From Azolla caroliniana (taxonomy: Eukaryota; Plantae; Polypodiophyta): a stretch of 64,000 nucleotides of DNA. Within the stretch, counting starts at the first letter, position 1, and each line of letters begins with the position of its first letter. Under the pieces are notes generated by a model, which searched no databases, was not told the DNA's origin, and saw nothing but the letters and a program-made list of their open reading frames with translations. A program made the position numbers and the translations under genes. Below, in pieces: positions 1 to 11,833 of the stretch. Where the stretch lies: positions 13,330,001 through 13,394,000 of the forward strand of contig JBHGNT010000008.1 of the NCBI GenBank assembly GCA_043228905.1, given 5' to 3'.

Positions 1-3000
1 ATTGCATTCATCATATGAGCAACCGAATTCGTCGCACCTTGAGGTAGAGTGCACATTCGAACCAACCCAATTGGTGTTTTCATTGTTGTGATATTGCAAC
101 TATCAATTGCTAGTTGAAATTGGTCGTATCTTAAATATAGGTCTCCCACAGAGTAAATCGCTCTTCCAGCAAACGCTTCCGCAAATTCATCAACGATCGG
201 TCCGATTCCCGCATTTCGGATTGTGACTTTGTTGACTGGTTGTAGATCTTGAATGAATCTTAGAGAACCATCTTTCTTTGGAACTGTGAACCATCCATTG
301 GAGTATGGTGCATTTGAAGGCTCTTAAATCTTCATCTTGACTTTATCCTTCAGCAGCTCCAACAATTGAGGTAATCGAGCTCTCGGTACTGCAATAGGTT
401 TAAAATTCCAAGGAATATTACTATTGGCGTCACCACCTTTGGATTTACACAACCAATCTCCTCAGCTTTGAATGCGAACGCTTTCCCATGCCTAAAGATC
501 ATTTCTTTGAAAGTCTCGATCTCTGATTGCAGAAGAAATTCACCCCTTCCGATTCTCAAGTTATTTATTGTCTCCGAAGTGAAGTGATGTCTGATCTTCT
601 CTATTGGTCGAAGCATAGGCTCAGTTGTTGCTGCCTCCATCTTCTCTTCACTACCAATAGGTAATGGTACTACAGCAGGTTTGACCTTTTTATCTATTGT
701 TTTGTATTTTGTATTACATAAACTTTCTACTTCTTCATATTTACAATTATACCTATCAATCTCATAATACATATCAATTGAGTTTACATGTATCTTTCAA
801 ACATTCTCATCATCTTTCAAATACATTTCTAACTCTTCTAAAGTATTTGCAAAAGAAATTTCTTCCATAACACTTTCAATCTGCTCTTCCATTTCAAGTA
901 CTCCATTATCCTTCAATGCCTGCTGAAACAGATTAGCATTCTTTTTCAAGTTCCTCTTGCATTCATACATCCTAGTCACACATATAGCACCACTTTCAGA
1001 AACATGAAATGACTTATTCATATGTTGTAATGCCCTATATGAGGGTCTTTTAATAATGGGACTATTGCAACCCTCACTCGCAACAGTCCTAGTCAAACAC
1101 CTGATTATCAAAATCATCACAGTCTTTTGGTATTGAATGATCACGAAGCTCTTGCTTGTTCCTCTCATGATTTGGGCGAACAGTCATAAATTGTACAGTT
1201 CATCGTCCATCTTGGCTACGGATTTTCGCATCGGCAGAACCATTGTCGAGGACTTTGGTCTCCATTCGTGCCGCTGTAATGTATGGTTGCCCCAGGATTA
1301 TTGGACAAGTAGATCCTTCCTACGCAAAGAAATGTTGATCTACCTCTATATCACCAATAGTAACCTTTACATTTGAGCTTGCACCAAATAAATCTTCCGT
1401 AACTGATGTGGCAGCTTTTACTCGCCAACCATGTTGAGTATCAATTGGCCATCTACCTTTCCTGTAAAAATCAGCACTCATTATATTTATTTCAAAACCA
1501 TGATCAATAAGTGCCATCACGGGGTCTGGAACATTTCCAATCTTCACATGATGCTCAGTAGTGGCTCTTGCCCAACATTTGCGAGAGTAATGGCTTCTTA
1601 CATCTGTTGAATTTATCATTGAGGTTGATGCATGTTGAGAGTCAACAACGATATTGTTTGACTCGTTGCTCACCACTTCATATGCCACCTTCGGATTTGT
1701 CTCTTTAACCTGCTCATTTACTTGCTTCTTTCTTCGCAAAATATCAATTATTTCATCATGAAATTCCTTTTTTGCAATACCTAACACTTCTCTTAGTGTA
1801 AATTCTACTCGACTGTCTAGTATTCTTGTTTCTAAAACTTTCTTTAAATCTGTATCCTTTTCAATATCAGACATTAATTTGAATGAAGGACCAGATTTAC
1901 CTTTTTCGACCTTTGTGTCCATCTCTTTTCTTTTGTTGTCTCTTGTCTCATGCTTTTTTGTTGAGCCAATCTCATCATCCGGCCTTTTCCTTTTTTCTTC
2001 CACTATCACCCCATGCTCTTGGTGTTCTGCCATCTGAGCATAGACCGTCATAACATCTACTAGAACATCCCATCCAGTGTTTTTCCTTACAGAATCTCCG
2101 GCAACACGAAGGTCTTCCATCTTCATCTTTTGCTTTTGTGCGGTACTTACAACCTTCTCCCAGAATGATGATCGGGATGGCATGTCATCGAGGCGCATTC
2201 CTGCCGTTGCCGAGTAGTACATTGCGGAAGCCTTCTTTGCTTTAGCTTCTTCAAATTTAACCTTAACACCACCATCACCAAAGTTCTTTGTAAGTGGACT
2301 TCTAGTTTCAATTAAATAAGTGTTACCATTTTTCCAATACACCAAGTCTCGATTTTCCATGTCTTTATATTCCGCACAATCACGTAATCGATGTTCGAGG
2401 CTATCACACCACATGCATCGAGGTCGAAATGGTTCCCTTGACCTCGAAGTCTGACCATTCTCACGCTTTGCCACTTTAATTGTTAGATCTTTCATACTTT
2501 GAACTAAATCATCAAGCAAAGACTCACTCTTAGTTTCGATCATTTCTCGTGGTTGATGGACCATTTCGTATGATGGTTCTCAACCAAGTCTTTGAACTTC
2601 GATGTTTTGCTCAAGCCGATTTCTGATTCCCACATGTGGTATTTGTAGCATTACACCATTCCTTTGCATTCTTTTCATAAATTTATTACAAGCATTTGTT
2701 ACCTCATTCCAATCTGTCATTATACCATCCTCGGTATTTGGCACTTCAAGCATAAATTCCAATTCTTTTCTATATCTCTTGTCAACTGCCTGCAAAAATA
2801 AAGCAACCTTTTGCCAAGACAAAGAATTTCTTTTCTTCTGGCTTTAAGTGTCCATACATCCTATCAAACTCTTTTTTTGTGTCAGCCACAGATAACCCTT
2901 TATCTTCTTTTAAGATCCATTCATGAAATGAACGCATAATAACTCGAGAGAAATCCTCACGAGCATATTCAGACACAAGTGCTTCTTTGAATGCATTCCA

Positions 3001-3264
3001 ATCCAAACTATGCAATGCTTGTATTTCATGAATTCTATCTCTTAATTCCATGTCCACTAATTTATAAAAGTTTGCTATCATATTGACATCATTTATACCA
3101 GACATTTCCATTTCATCATAATATATATTCACATACTTCGAAATATTTGTGCCATCAAACATACCAATCTTCTCTCGGACTTCTCGTAAGGCATGAAATA
3201 ATCAATCTTGATTCAACTTTTCAATAAACAACATTACCAGATCCATTGTACTCGTACTTGCCAT
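1..3264 (-). pseudogene. Ty3/gypsy gag-protease-RT (frameshifted; runs off the window start)
   Basis: Gag fragments 2580-3162; zinc knuckle CMWCDSLEHRLRDC and protease ALIDHGFEINIMS in ORF 1320-2564; RT N-terminus read by hand at 1-320 (WFTVPKKDGSLRFIQDLQPVN...LPQGATNS). Confidence 0.93.
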
Positions 3265-3308
3265 GTTGATGTTGATCTTTACTTTAGATGTCTCTTCTAC
3301 TTCCCCGT

Positions 3309-3326
3309 TTCACGTCGGGTTCACCA
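3309..3326 (-). promoter_or_regulatory. Primer-binding site complementary to tRNA-Trp
   Basis: Plus strand TTCACGTCGGGTTCACCA matches the recalled 3' 18 nt (incl. CCA) of plant cytosolic tRNA-Trp(CCA); it lies between the LTR and gag. Confidence 0.85.
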
Positions 3327-3331
3327 AATTG

Positions 3332-4463
3332 TGTTGTGACGTGGCTCGCCTAGAAGCGTAGCGTTGCGCACACAAAGGATAACGTGAAAGTGAGGAAGGA
3401 ATCACTGGGATTATGGACGGAAGAGATGAAAGAGTAGAGATGGAGTGAATAGAGATCAATAAGATATGACAATATAGGATTTTTAAGGAATATAAGATAA
3501 GACAAGATAAGATATAAAATAATATATGAGAAAGTGTATGAAATTTATAATCATTTTCATGAAAGAGTTACAAAATAATTGTGCATGTCGTTGAACCTCC
3601 AAACTTTGTCTTGCAAGGTAATCGCTCTTCTCTTTCTTGATCGTAGACCACTACAATCTTCACTTCAATATTTTGATGAAGATAAGGCTCGAACCGCGTC
3701 CCTCTTGTTGAGAGTTGACAACCACGACCGCTAAGCTAGAGCTCCACGTTTATGTTTAACTTCTTCTCTTCTTTCTCTATTTTTATGGTATCTCTTATGT
3801 AATACATAATTTGATTGATATCTCATACCTCTCTCCTTTTCTCTTCTCTTTCACCCTTTAAATAGGTGCCCCCATGCATATGATGCATTGGAGGGTACAA
3901 GACATGCATGTGATGCATGATCGCCATTTGGCATTCATGCATTACATGTGATGCATGATAAACATCTCACTCATTTGAGCTTTTATGTATGAAACAATAT
4001 ATGCAATAACAATAAACATGAAAATATAATCTTAAAGAGAAAGGACCTAGCCTAATGGTAGGTGTGTTGACTTTGGTGTATGAGGTTGTGGGTTTGAGTC
4101 TCAAAATACTATTGAATACAATATGTAACTTTATTTTTATATCATGAAACAAATCCTTTATGTAATATAAAGTATATATAAAGTATGCTTTATTTTATGT
4201 ATATTACTAATATAGTGTAAATGGTAAGATTTGAGAGTCATAGGGTGGGGTTATTGGTTCAAGTCCTCTCTTGTTCATGTAATATAATATATCTATCTAT
4301 ATATATATATATATATATATATTATTTGCCTATATAATATTATCATAGTGTGTTGTTAATATTATCTTTATATATAAAACATTATCAAGATTTATTTTAT
4401 TTTAGTTACGAATTTATCTTATTATAGACTTTTAATGTGAAGCTTTTGTACTTCACGACAACA
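3332..4463 (-). mobile_element. 5' LTR of the tRNA-Trp-primed gypsy element
   Basis: Abuts the PBS; TGTTGT...ACAACA termini; minus-strand TATTTAAA near 3860; CATGCA repeats 3870-3960. The right end interrupts the ORF at 4464. The partner LTR is outside the window, so the ends are inferred. Confidence 0.65.
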
Positions 4464-5054
4464 GGTTGGTGGTGTCGGTGATCGTTCCTCCTCTAGTGGT
4501 GTCGGAGGTTTTCCCTGGTCTTCTGTCGCCGTCAGAGGTCTTTCCTGCTCCTCTTGTGGTGTCGGAGGCTTCTCCTCCTTGACTTCCGGTGTCAGAGGTC
4601 TCTCGTCGTCGACTTCTGGTTCCAGAGTGTGGTCGACTTCTGGTATCGGAGTTTCCAGCCTTATCGATTCGAGTTCTGGTGTCGGCAAAGTATCCGACTT
4701 CTCGTCCTCTGGTCCGCCTGGGGTGTCGTTACTTCTGCGGTAGTTCGTCTGCGTGATGTATTTCCTGTCCGAGCCTGATTCAAATGCCGAAAATGCTTCG
4801 GATTCGCCTTCCCCCGTTGCCAATGCCTGGAGATGGGATTCTGCTTCCCAGAGACTGCTTAGGCTGCTTCCTTCGTACGGGTAGGCATTTTGTGGTAGCC
4901 AAAGTGATTCCTTGGCCACTCTCTAGATCACTTTCAAGAATGAGCGATCCGCTTTGATTTCTTCTGCCACTTGTTGGAAAGCCTCTCGCTTCCTCAGCCG
5001 TTCACCAAGTCGCCTTGCTCGCTTCGTAACTAGGTCGTTCATTGATCGCGTCAT
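4464..5054 (-). pseudogene. 5' part of a gag-like ORF of a second LTR element, truncated by the insertion at 4463
   Basis: MTRSMNDLVTKRARRLGERL...KVI*RVAKESLW... followed by Pro/Thr/Glu repeats (PLTP/PPTP); lies just downstream of an LTR end at 5177. Confidence 0.55.
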
Positions 5055-5262
5055 CCATTCCCGCCGTTGTTCGTTGCAATTGTGCAGGAATCGTGGTCGC
5101 CAAAAACTGTGTTATTCCTTAGGGTCAAACAATGGCCTAACACAGGGTGTCTCCGGAAGACACTTCACCAAAGGGGTGTTACGGCGAGATAACTTAAGAC
5201 ACAACATTACTTTGACTTAATTAGCTACTTAGCAATAAGGCATACACTTATTACACGCGTAA

Positions 5263-5717
5263 TGTTACGGGCATGACCATATAATATCCCGTGGTGAGAA
5301 TTTACCGTAGTATTCTATACACGTGGATAAGTGTGAGGGTTAAATGAGAGTGTAAAGAAGGGGAGGATTACTTTTAATCCTCGGGATTGAGACAACCCAT
5401 TAGGTCAAGTGTGAACTTGCCTGGGGGCCTTGGGTATCGCTATAAATAAGAGGCCTAGCTACCCTCATTTGATCATCTTTTGACTACATCGAGACGCTGC
5501 TCGTGTGGTGGGTCAACTCTGGTAGCGAGCGCGCCAGCACCAGGTACGACTCGACGCCACGGCGGTGGTATGGGACGCCGATCGAGGCTCGAGTCCGTCT
5601 CGATCCCTCCGCTCGGGGGTGGTCAGGTTGATCGGCACCCTTCTTTCTCTTTCTCCTTTCTATCTATCATTTGTTTATCCTTATCTTAAGCTTACTTTAG
5701 TACTTAGATCTCTAATA
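5263..5717 (+). repeat. 5' LTR of chromovirus
   Basis: Direct repeat of 11820-12274; TATAAATA at 5441; termini TG...TA. Confidence 0.97.
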
Positions 5718-7399
5718 TTTGGTATCAGATTTATGTACTAATGTTTCTTTGTTTTTCATTTGTCGTTTGATTGATGGTGATCGATCGATGTGCGGTCAGC
5801 CTTGATCCAGACAACGATCAACAAAGAACTTCGGTAACTCTTTCCAGAATTTTTCTTTCTATTCTCTCTTCTCCCATCTAATCATGTGTTTAGTTTATAT
5901 GTAATTTTTTTCATTAAGTCAATGATGTTGTAGTGGTCTTTACTTGATTATCTAAAACGTTTACATATGTGCACGAGGTCAATACCTCGTTTGACATATT
6001 AATAATATGTGATGAGTGTCATATGCGTACGAGGTTAATACCTCAATTACGTATTACGTTCACGAACATATGTTACGTTTGCGTATGAGTTGTTGATTTG
6101 TTGTAAACGATATGCGGTTGGTCTCGTATGCGTAAGAGGTCAATACCTCAATTGCGTATTATGATGATCTCTTATTTGTGGATGTTTCGTGTGCGTAGAG
6201 GTATATAACTCGATTACGTATCTCGATCACATCATTTGTGGCTACTTAATATAACGATATGTTTAATATAGGCATATGTGGTCATGTATATACGTATTTG
6301 ATCGTATATATGTGATTAGTAAACATATGTGTATATTCGTTATTACGTGATTATATCGAAAGTTGTCCTTGTCGGGAAAAGGATGTTGGTGGCTGTCCTC
6401 ACATTTTTGTGAGAATGACGTTGTCACCATCCCTTTTTCAACAATTTTTTATTGTTGATAACCCCATTGATGACCTTGATTTCGTTACGTAAAGAAACGC
6501 CAATAGCCATAATGATGTTGAGTACGTAGGGCTTGACCCACTTCAAGTGAGGTCGCTCCAATGACGCACGTATCCAACATCCCTCCCTCGTTACATGGAT
6601 ACGATGCCACCATGAGCTCGTTCTTACGAGAGGCATTCGTAATGACGTGACCATGTGATGGCCCACGTGAGCCTACTACGAAACGAGGGCTCATTTGGCA
6701 TGACCATTAGGTTGCACTTTGGCGTATGCCATCGTAATTATGAGACTTGAGGTTAGGTAAAATACCAACATAGTTTTGGTAAATGAGGGCGAAATAAGGA
6801 CCCTTGACATATATGTTCTTTTAAAAAAAACATATATGATCAATTGCCTCGCATATCTCTTATACACATCAAACATTAAGCATTCGAGAAGAGCAACTTA
6901 CTTGGTTGGCTCGTGTTTAATGTATTTGTTCTCGAGGTTTCGAGTTCAAATATGACCAAGACCATACAACATCCTTGATACATATGACTATAACACATGT
7001 TTAGACTTAAGGTCTAAGTGCACCTCGGGGTCCTCGTAATAGGACTTACAGAGCCAAAACCACATATGTGGGCACCGAAACATAGTTTATTGTTAACATT
7101 TTTTTCGTGTATAAACTATTCATGACGCGAACATACATGGTTGAGCCTCGGGGAGCCACCATGAAAAAAATCGATATAGAGATCAGGGAAAGACATTTAT
7201 TTGTCACCCCCATGGTTTTTAAAACACCTTTGTGTTACCATAGTAACCTGATCTTGAACCTCATCTCATACGTCTAGAGGGGTATTGACGTGAGATCATG
7301 ATATCGATTAATGTTTGCCCATGATATGTTTACATCACGACATGATGTTATGACTATCTCTCTGACCTTATCCTATTTCTTTTCCAGAAATAATCTTTA

Positions 7400-10300
7400 A
7401 TGGCTCAAATTAACGACCCGATGTCATCCGCTCAAGCGGAAGGAACTCAAGGGAATCCTCCTGGACAAATGTCCACTGAGATGTATTTGGCACAAATAAC
7501 CCAATACCTTAGTTTCACCGCTCAACAGATGACCGAACTTCGGCAATCTCAAAGTGCTCTCGAGGCACGTGTCATTAGTCTACAACATGAGACTAATAGA
7601 CCTAATGAGCGACAAGGTGAACCATCATTTGTCGTTAAGCCATTTACGGGAGACAAAAAGGAAAGAACTGAAGAAGCAATTTGCACATGGCTGGGACGAT
7701 GGGAGTCTCATTTTGAGCTCTATCCCACGCCAGATAGTACGAAGATTGCATATGTCGGCCGAGAACTCGGGGGTAAGGCCGCCGCCTGGTGGCGTGGGCT
7801 CCATACTATGGGGAAATTGCCCGATACCTGGACAGATTTTGTCACGGTTTTTAAGGGCCAATTTCTGCAACCTTCCTCTCGAATCGAGGCAGCACAAGCT
7901 TTAATGAACCTCTCTAGCAGGAAATTTTCCTCGCTAGAAGACTATGTTCACCATGCTAGAACCCAAATCCAAAAATCGGGTCTAGAAGGGGACAATTGGT
8001 TGATAGCTTGTTTTGTCAATGGCATCCCCAATTCGGACTATCACTGGATAGTGCACGATAAGGATCCAAAATCCTTCGAAGAGGTCGTTGAAATAGTTCT
8101 TCGCTATCAACACACTTCGAAGAAGGACCATAACAAACCCAACGAAGCGCCCGGGACTAAGCAGTCGCAATTTGTTGGGAAACGCAAGACACCCAACGAA
8201 TTCCTGGATCGCGATTGTAAGCGACAACATCCTTTTTGTGTATTCTGCAAAAAGAAGGGTCATACAAAAGATCAATGTCGAAAGCTCCAACGGAAAGAGC
8301 ACGACAACAAAGCTAAAGTTGCAGACCATAAAGGTCAGATTCCTAATGTCCTTTAGGTCTATACACATCATTTAAGTAATTGTCAATGTTCTTTCCCTCA
8401 CTATGTATTGGGTCCCAATGATTTACTACGTGCAAACGGGTATATCAATGGATCTCCCGTACAATTTTTATTTGATTCGGGAAGCTCACACAATTTTGTG
8501 AATGATCGTTTGGTTCAGATATGGGGAATCCAACCCACCGTAAGTGATCACACCTACACGGTGCACTTGGCTGATGGAAGAGTACAATACATCAACGGAG
8601 CGATTCATTCATTAGGAATTTCTATTCATACTTATATAGAGGAAGTAGACTTCCATGTAATGAATCTTTGTACCACCGATGTAATACTGGGTTATCCCTG
8701 GTTTTATAATAAAAACTCTTCTTTATTTATTGATTGGATTCGTCATTCCATTTCTTTTGTACTGAACGATTGTACGCATTTTATTCAATGTGTAAAAAAA
8801 CAATCCCTCTCGATTGTTTCCTCGTGTCCATCAATATCCGAGTTGTCTTGTTCTACGTTATTTTATTGTGTACTTGATCCGAACATTCACGTTTACAATA
8901 TCGATAATGTCCCGGTTCAATTAACATATTTTGAACAACAACAACTTGATGAAATCTTAAATGATTTTCATGATGTTTTTCCAAGTGAACTACCTGATGG
9001 GTTACCTCCTAAACGTAATATAGACCATTGTATAGATATTGTACCTGGTGTTGCACCAATAAGTATACCTTCGTATCGCTTAAGTCGATCCGAAGAAGAT
9101 GAGGTATCTAAGCAACTCAAGAACTATTTACGAATGGGTTATATACGTTATAGTAAATCTCCATGGGGTGCACCAGTTCTCTTGGTTAAAAAGAAAGAGG
9201 GCACATGGCGTATGTGTATTAATTACTGACGCTTGAATAAAGTGACGATCAAGAATTCGTACCCATTGCCCCGGGCTGACGATCTAATTGACCGTCTCCA
9301 AGGAGCTCGGTATTTTACGAAACTTGATCTCCGTACTGGTTACCATCAAATACGAATAAGTGAGGACGATGTTCCTAAAACGACATTTCGTACGCACTAT
9401 GGCCATTACGAGTTTTTGGTTATGCCTTTTGGTTTGACCAATGCTTCGGCTACTTTTCAACAAGAAATGAATGACATTTTCCGAGAACAACTTGGAAAAT
9501 TTGTCGTTATTTTCTTGGATGATATTTTAGTTTATAGCCGTACATTACAAGAACATGCTAGACATGTCCGCTTTGTTTTATAAACATTGCGTGACAAACA
9601 GTTTTATGCAAAGATCTCAAAATGTGAGTTCTTCAAGAAATCAATTACTTATCTAGGACATCTCATAACCGAACGAGGAGTTGAAATTGATCCTTCTCGC
9701 ATTGAGAAAATCAAGCTTTGGCCCACTCTTCGGAATATTCGAGAAGTTCGATCATTCCTTGGTTTTGTCGGGTTTTTGCAAAAGTCTCTTCATAATTACT
9801 CCCAATTGACGACGCCGTTTACTGATCTTTTAAAAGGTCAAACGCGTAAGTCTACAAAACCTATTGTGTGGAATGGTACACTAGACCTCGCCTTTAAGGA
9901 ACTCAAGGACCTGGTTTGCAAGGCTCCTTCACTTCTTTTACCTGATCCTTCAAAACCTTTTGAGGTTGAAACCGATGCAAGCGATTATGCTATAGGTGTT
10001 GTCTTGTATCAAGATGGTAAACCAATAGCATTCGAGAGTAAGAAACTTGATTCTGCTCAATGTCGGTATACCATTCAAGAAAAGGAATTATTTGCAGTTA
10101 TACATGCGCTCAAAACATGGCGCCATTATCTCTATCGAAATCACTTTGTGGTAACTACGGACCACGAGTCCTTGAAATATTTTTGTGACCAACAAGACCT
10201 GAAAGGTCGTAAGGCACGATGGGCTGATCTCATCCAAGACTTTGATTTTTCCATACGATATCGTAAAGGTTCCATGAACACTGTCGCTGATGCACTAAGT

Positions 10301-11833
10301 CGCATCCGTGAAGTTAACATGCTTAGCTTCACTGAAATAACATCAGATCTTTATGATCACCTTCGAGGAAAGTATCCTGATGACAGTTATTTTGCAAAAT
10401 ACTGGGCAAGAGTTGAGTCTGGAACAGACACCACCACATCCTCGAAGGAATACTTCCACATTGCTAACGGTTTGCTCTACCGTAATGGGAAGGTTTGTGT
10501 TCCAGATTTACCCGAGGTCAAAAAGAGGATTCTTTTTTAATGCCATGATGCACCCTCAACAGGGCACCCTGGAATACATCGTACACTCGTTCTCATCTCC
10601 ACTCAATTTTATTGGCCTAAGATGCGTCCTGACATACATAGCTATGTGACTAAATGTCACCAGTGTCAAGTTAACAAAGCCGAGCGACTTAAAGCCGCAA
10701 GACTTTTACATCCCTTGGACATTCCCAATAATAAGTGGGAAAGTATATCCATGGATTTTATTGTTAGCCTTCCTCGCACCCAAAAAGGTCATGATGCCAT
10801 CTGGGTTGTCGTTGATCGACTAACTAAAATGGCCAGATTTATTGCTACTAAAACCACGGTAACAGCTCCTAAATTGGCTTACCAATTCGTTGACGAATTG
10901 TTTCGTTTTTATGGGTTACCGATGGATATCGTGAGTGATCGAGATCCAAAGTTTACTAGTGACTTCTGAACGCAAGTCTTTAAGAAGTTAGAAACTACGT
11001 TGAGCATGAGCTCCACGGATCATCCTCAATCCGATGGACAGACAAAACGAGTAAATCAAATTATTGAGGACATGCTTCGAGCATACGTTGGTGCAAAACC
11101 AACAAAATGGGAACGTTATCTCCCAATTTTGGAGTTTGCTTATAACAGCTCCAAGCATACGTCGACGGGATATAGTCCTTTTATGTTGATGTATGGTTTT
11201 CAGCCACGAGCCCCGATTGATGTTAATATACATCATGATGAGTTGCGAAGTACGCAAAACTTTCTTCGGGATATGCAAGATATGTTGCATATTGCACGAG
11301 ATAATATAAAAACAGCTCAAGATAGAGCGCGTTTTTATGCCGATCATCATAGGCAACCTCGTGTATTCAACCCTGGACAGAAGGTATTTTTACGTGTACC
11401 TCATAATTCTAAGACATTGTCTACGGGTAAGTGCGCTAAGTTAGCCCCACAGTTTTGTGGACCTTTTACAGTCCTCAAACGCATTGGGTCATCAGCCTAT
11501 CGTCTCGCTCTTCCCGATGGTGTCGGAATTCATCCAGTCTTTCATGTGAGTCGTCTAAAAGAACTTCTAGGTTCTGGCGACAATACAGTTACAACTGAAA
11601 CTCTGGTTACTTCTGAAGAATTATCTTCTAAACCACATGTACCAAAAAGAATTCTCGATGTTAAAACAAAAAAATTACGTACTAAAGAAATCCGAGAATT
11701 TAAAATAAAATGGATGGATAAATCAATAAAAGATGCCACATGGGAACGCGAAAATACTCTTAGAACTAACTTCCCTAACTTTCCATTGCAAGAGTGCAAT
11801 GTTTTAAAGAGGGGGAGTATGTTACGGGCATGA
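7400..11833 (+). pseudogene. gag-pol polyprotein (Gag-CCHC, PR, RT, RNase H, IN, chromodomain), one frame with 5 in-frame stops
   Basis: CVFCKKKGHTKDQC; LFDSGSSHNF; [11 protein letters not shown]; ETDASDYAIG; SMDFIV/SDRDPKF; GPF motif; C-terminal PKRILD...IKW...DATWE. All ORF pieces share one frame; stops at 8354, 9227, 9581, 10538 and 10967. Confidence 0.97.

Noticed and set aside
4040-4270. Functional tRNA genes
   Set aside because: Acceptor and anticodon stems do not pair properly; kept only as tRNA-like cassettes.
5480-5689. 69-aa ORF repeated at 12037-12246
   Set aside because: Duplicated only because it lies in the LTRs; TTG start and no coding signature.
5965-6222. CRISPR-like array of palindromic repeats with unique spacers
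   Set aside because: Repeats are divergent, spacers are irregular (about 21, 71 and 29 nt), there are no cas genes, and it lies inside a eukaryotic retrotransposon leader.
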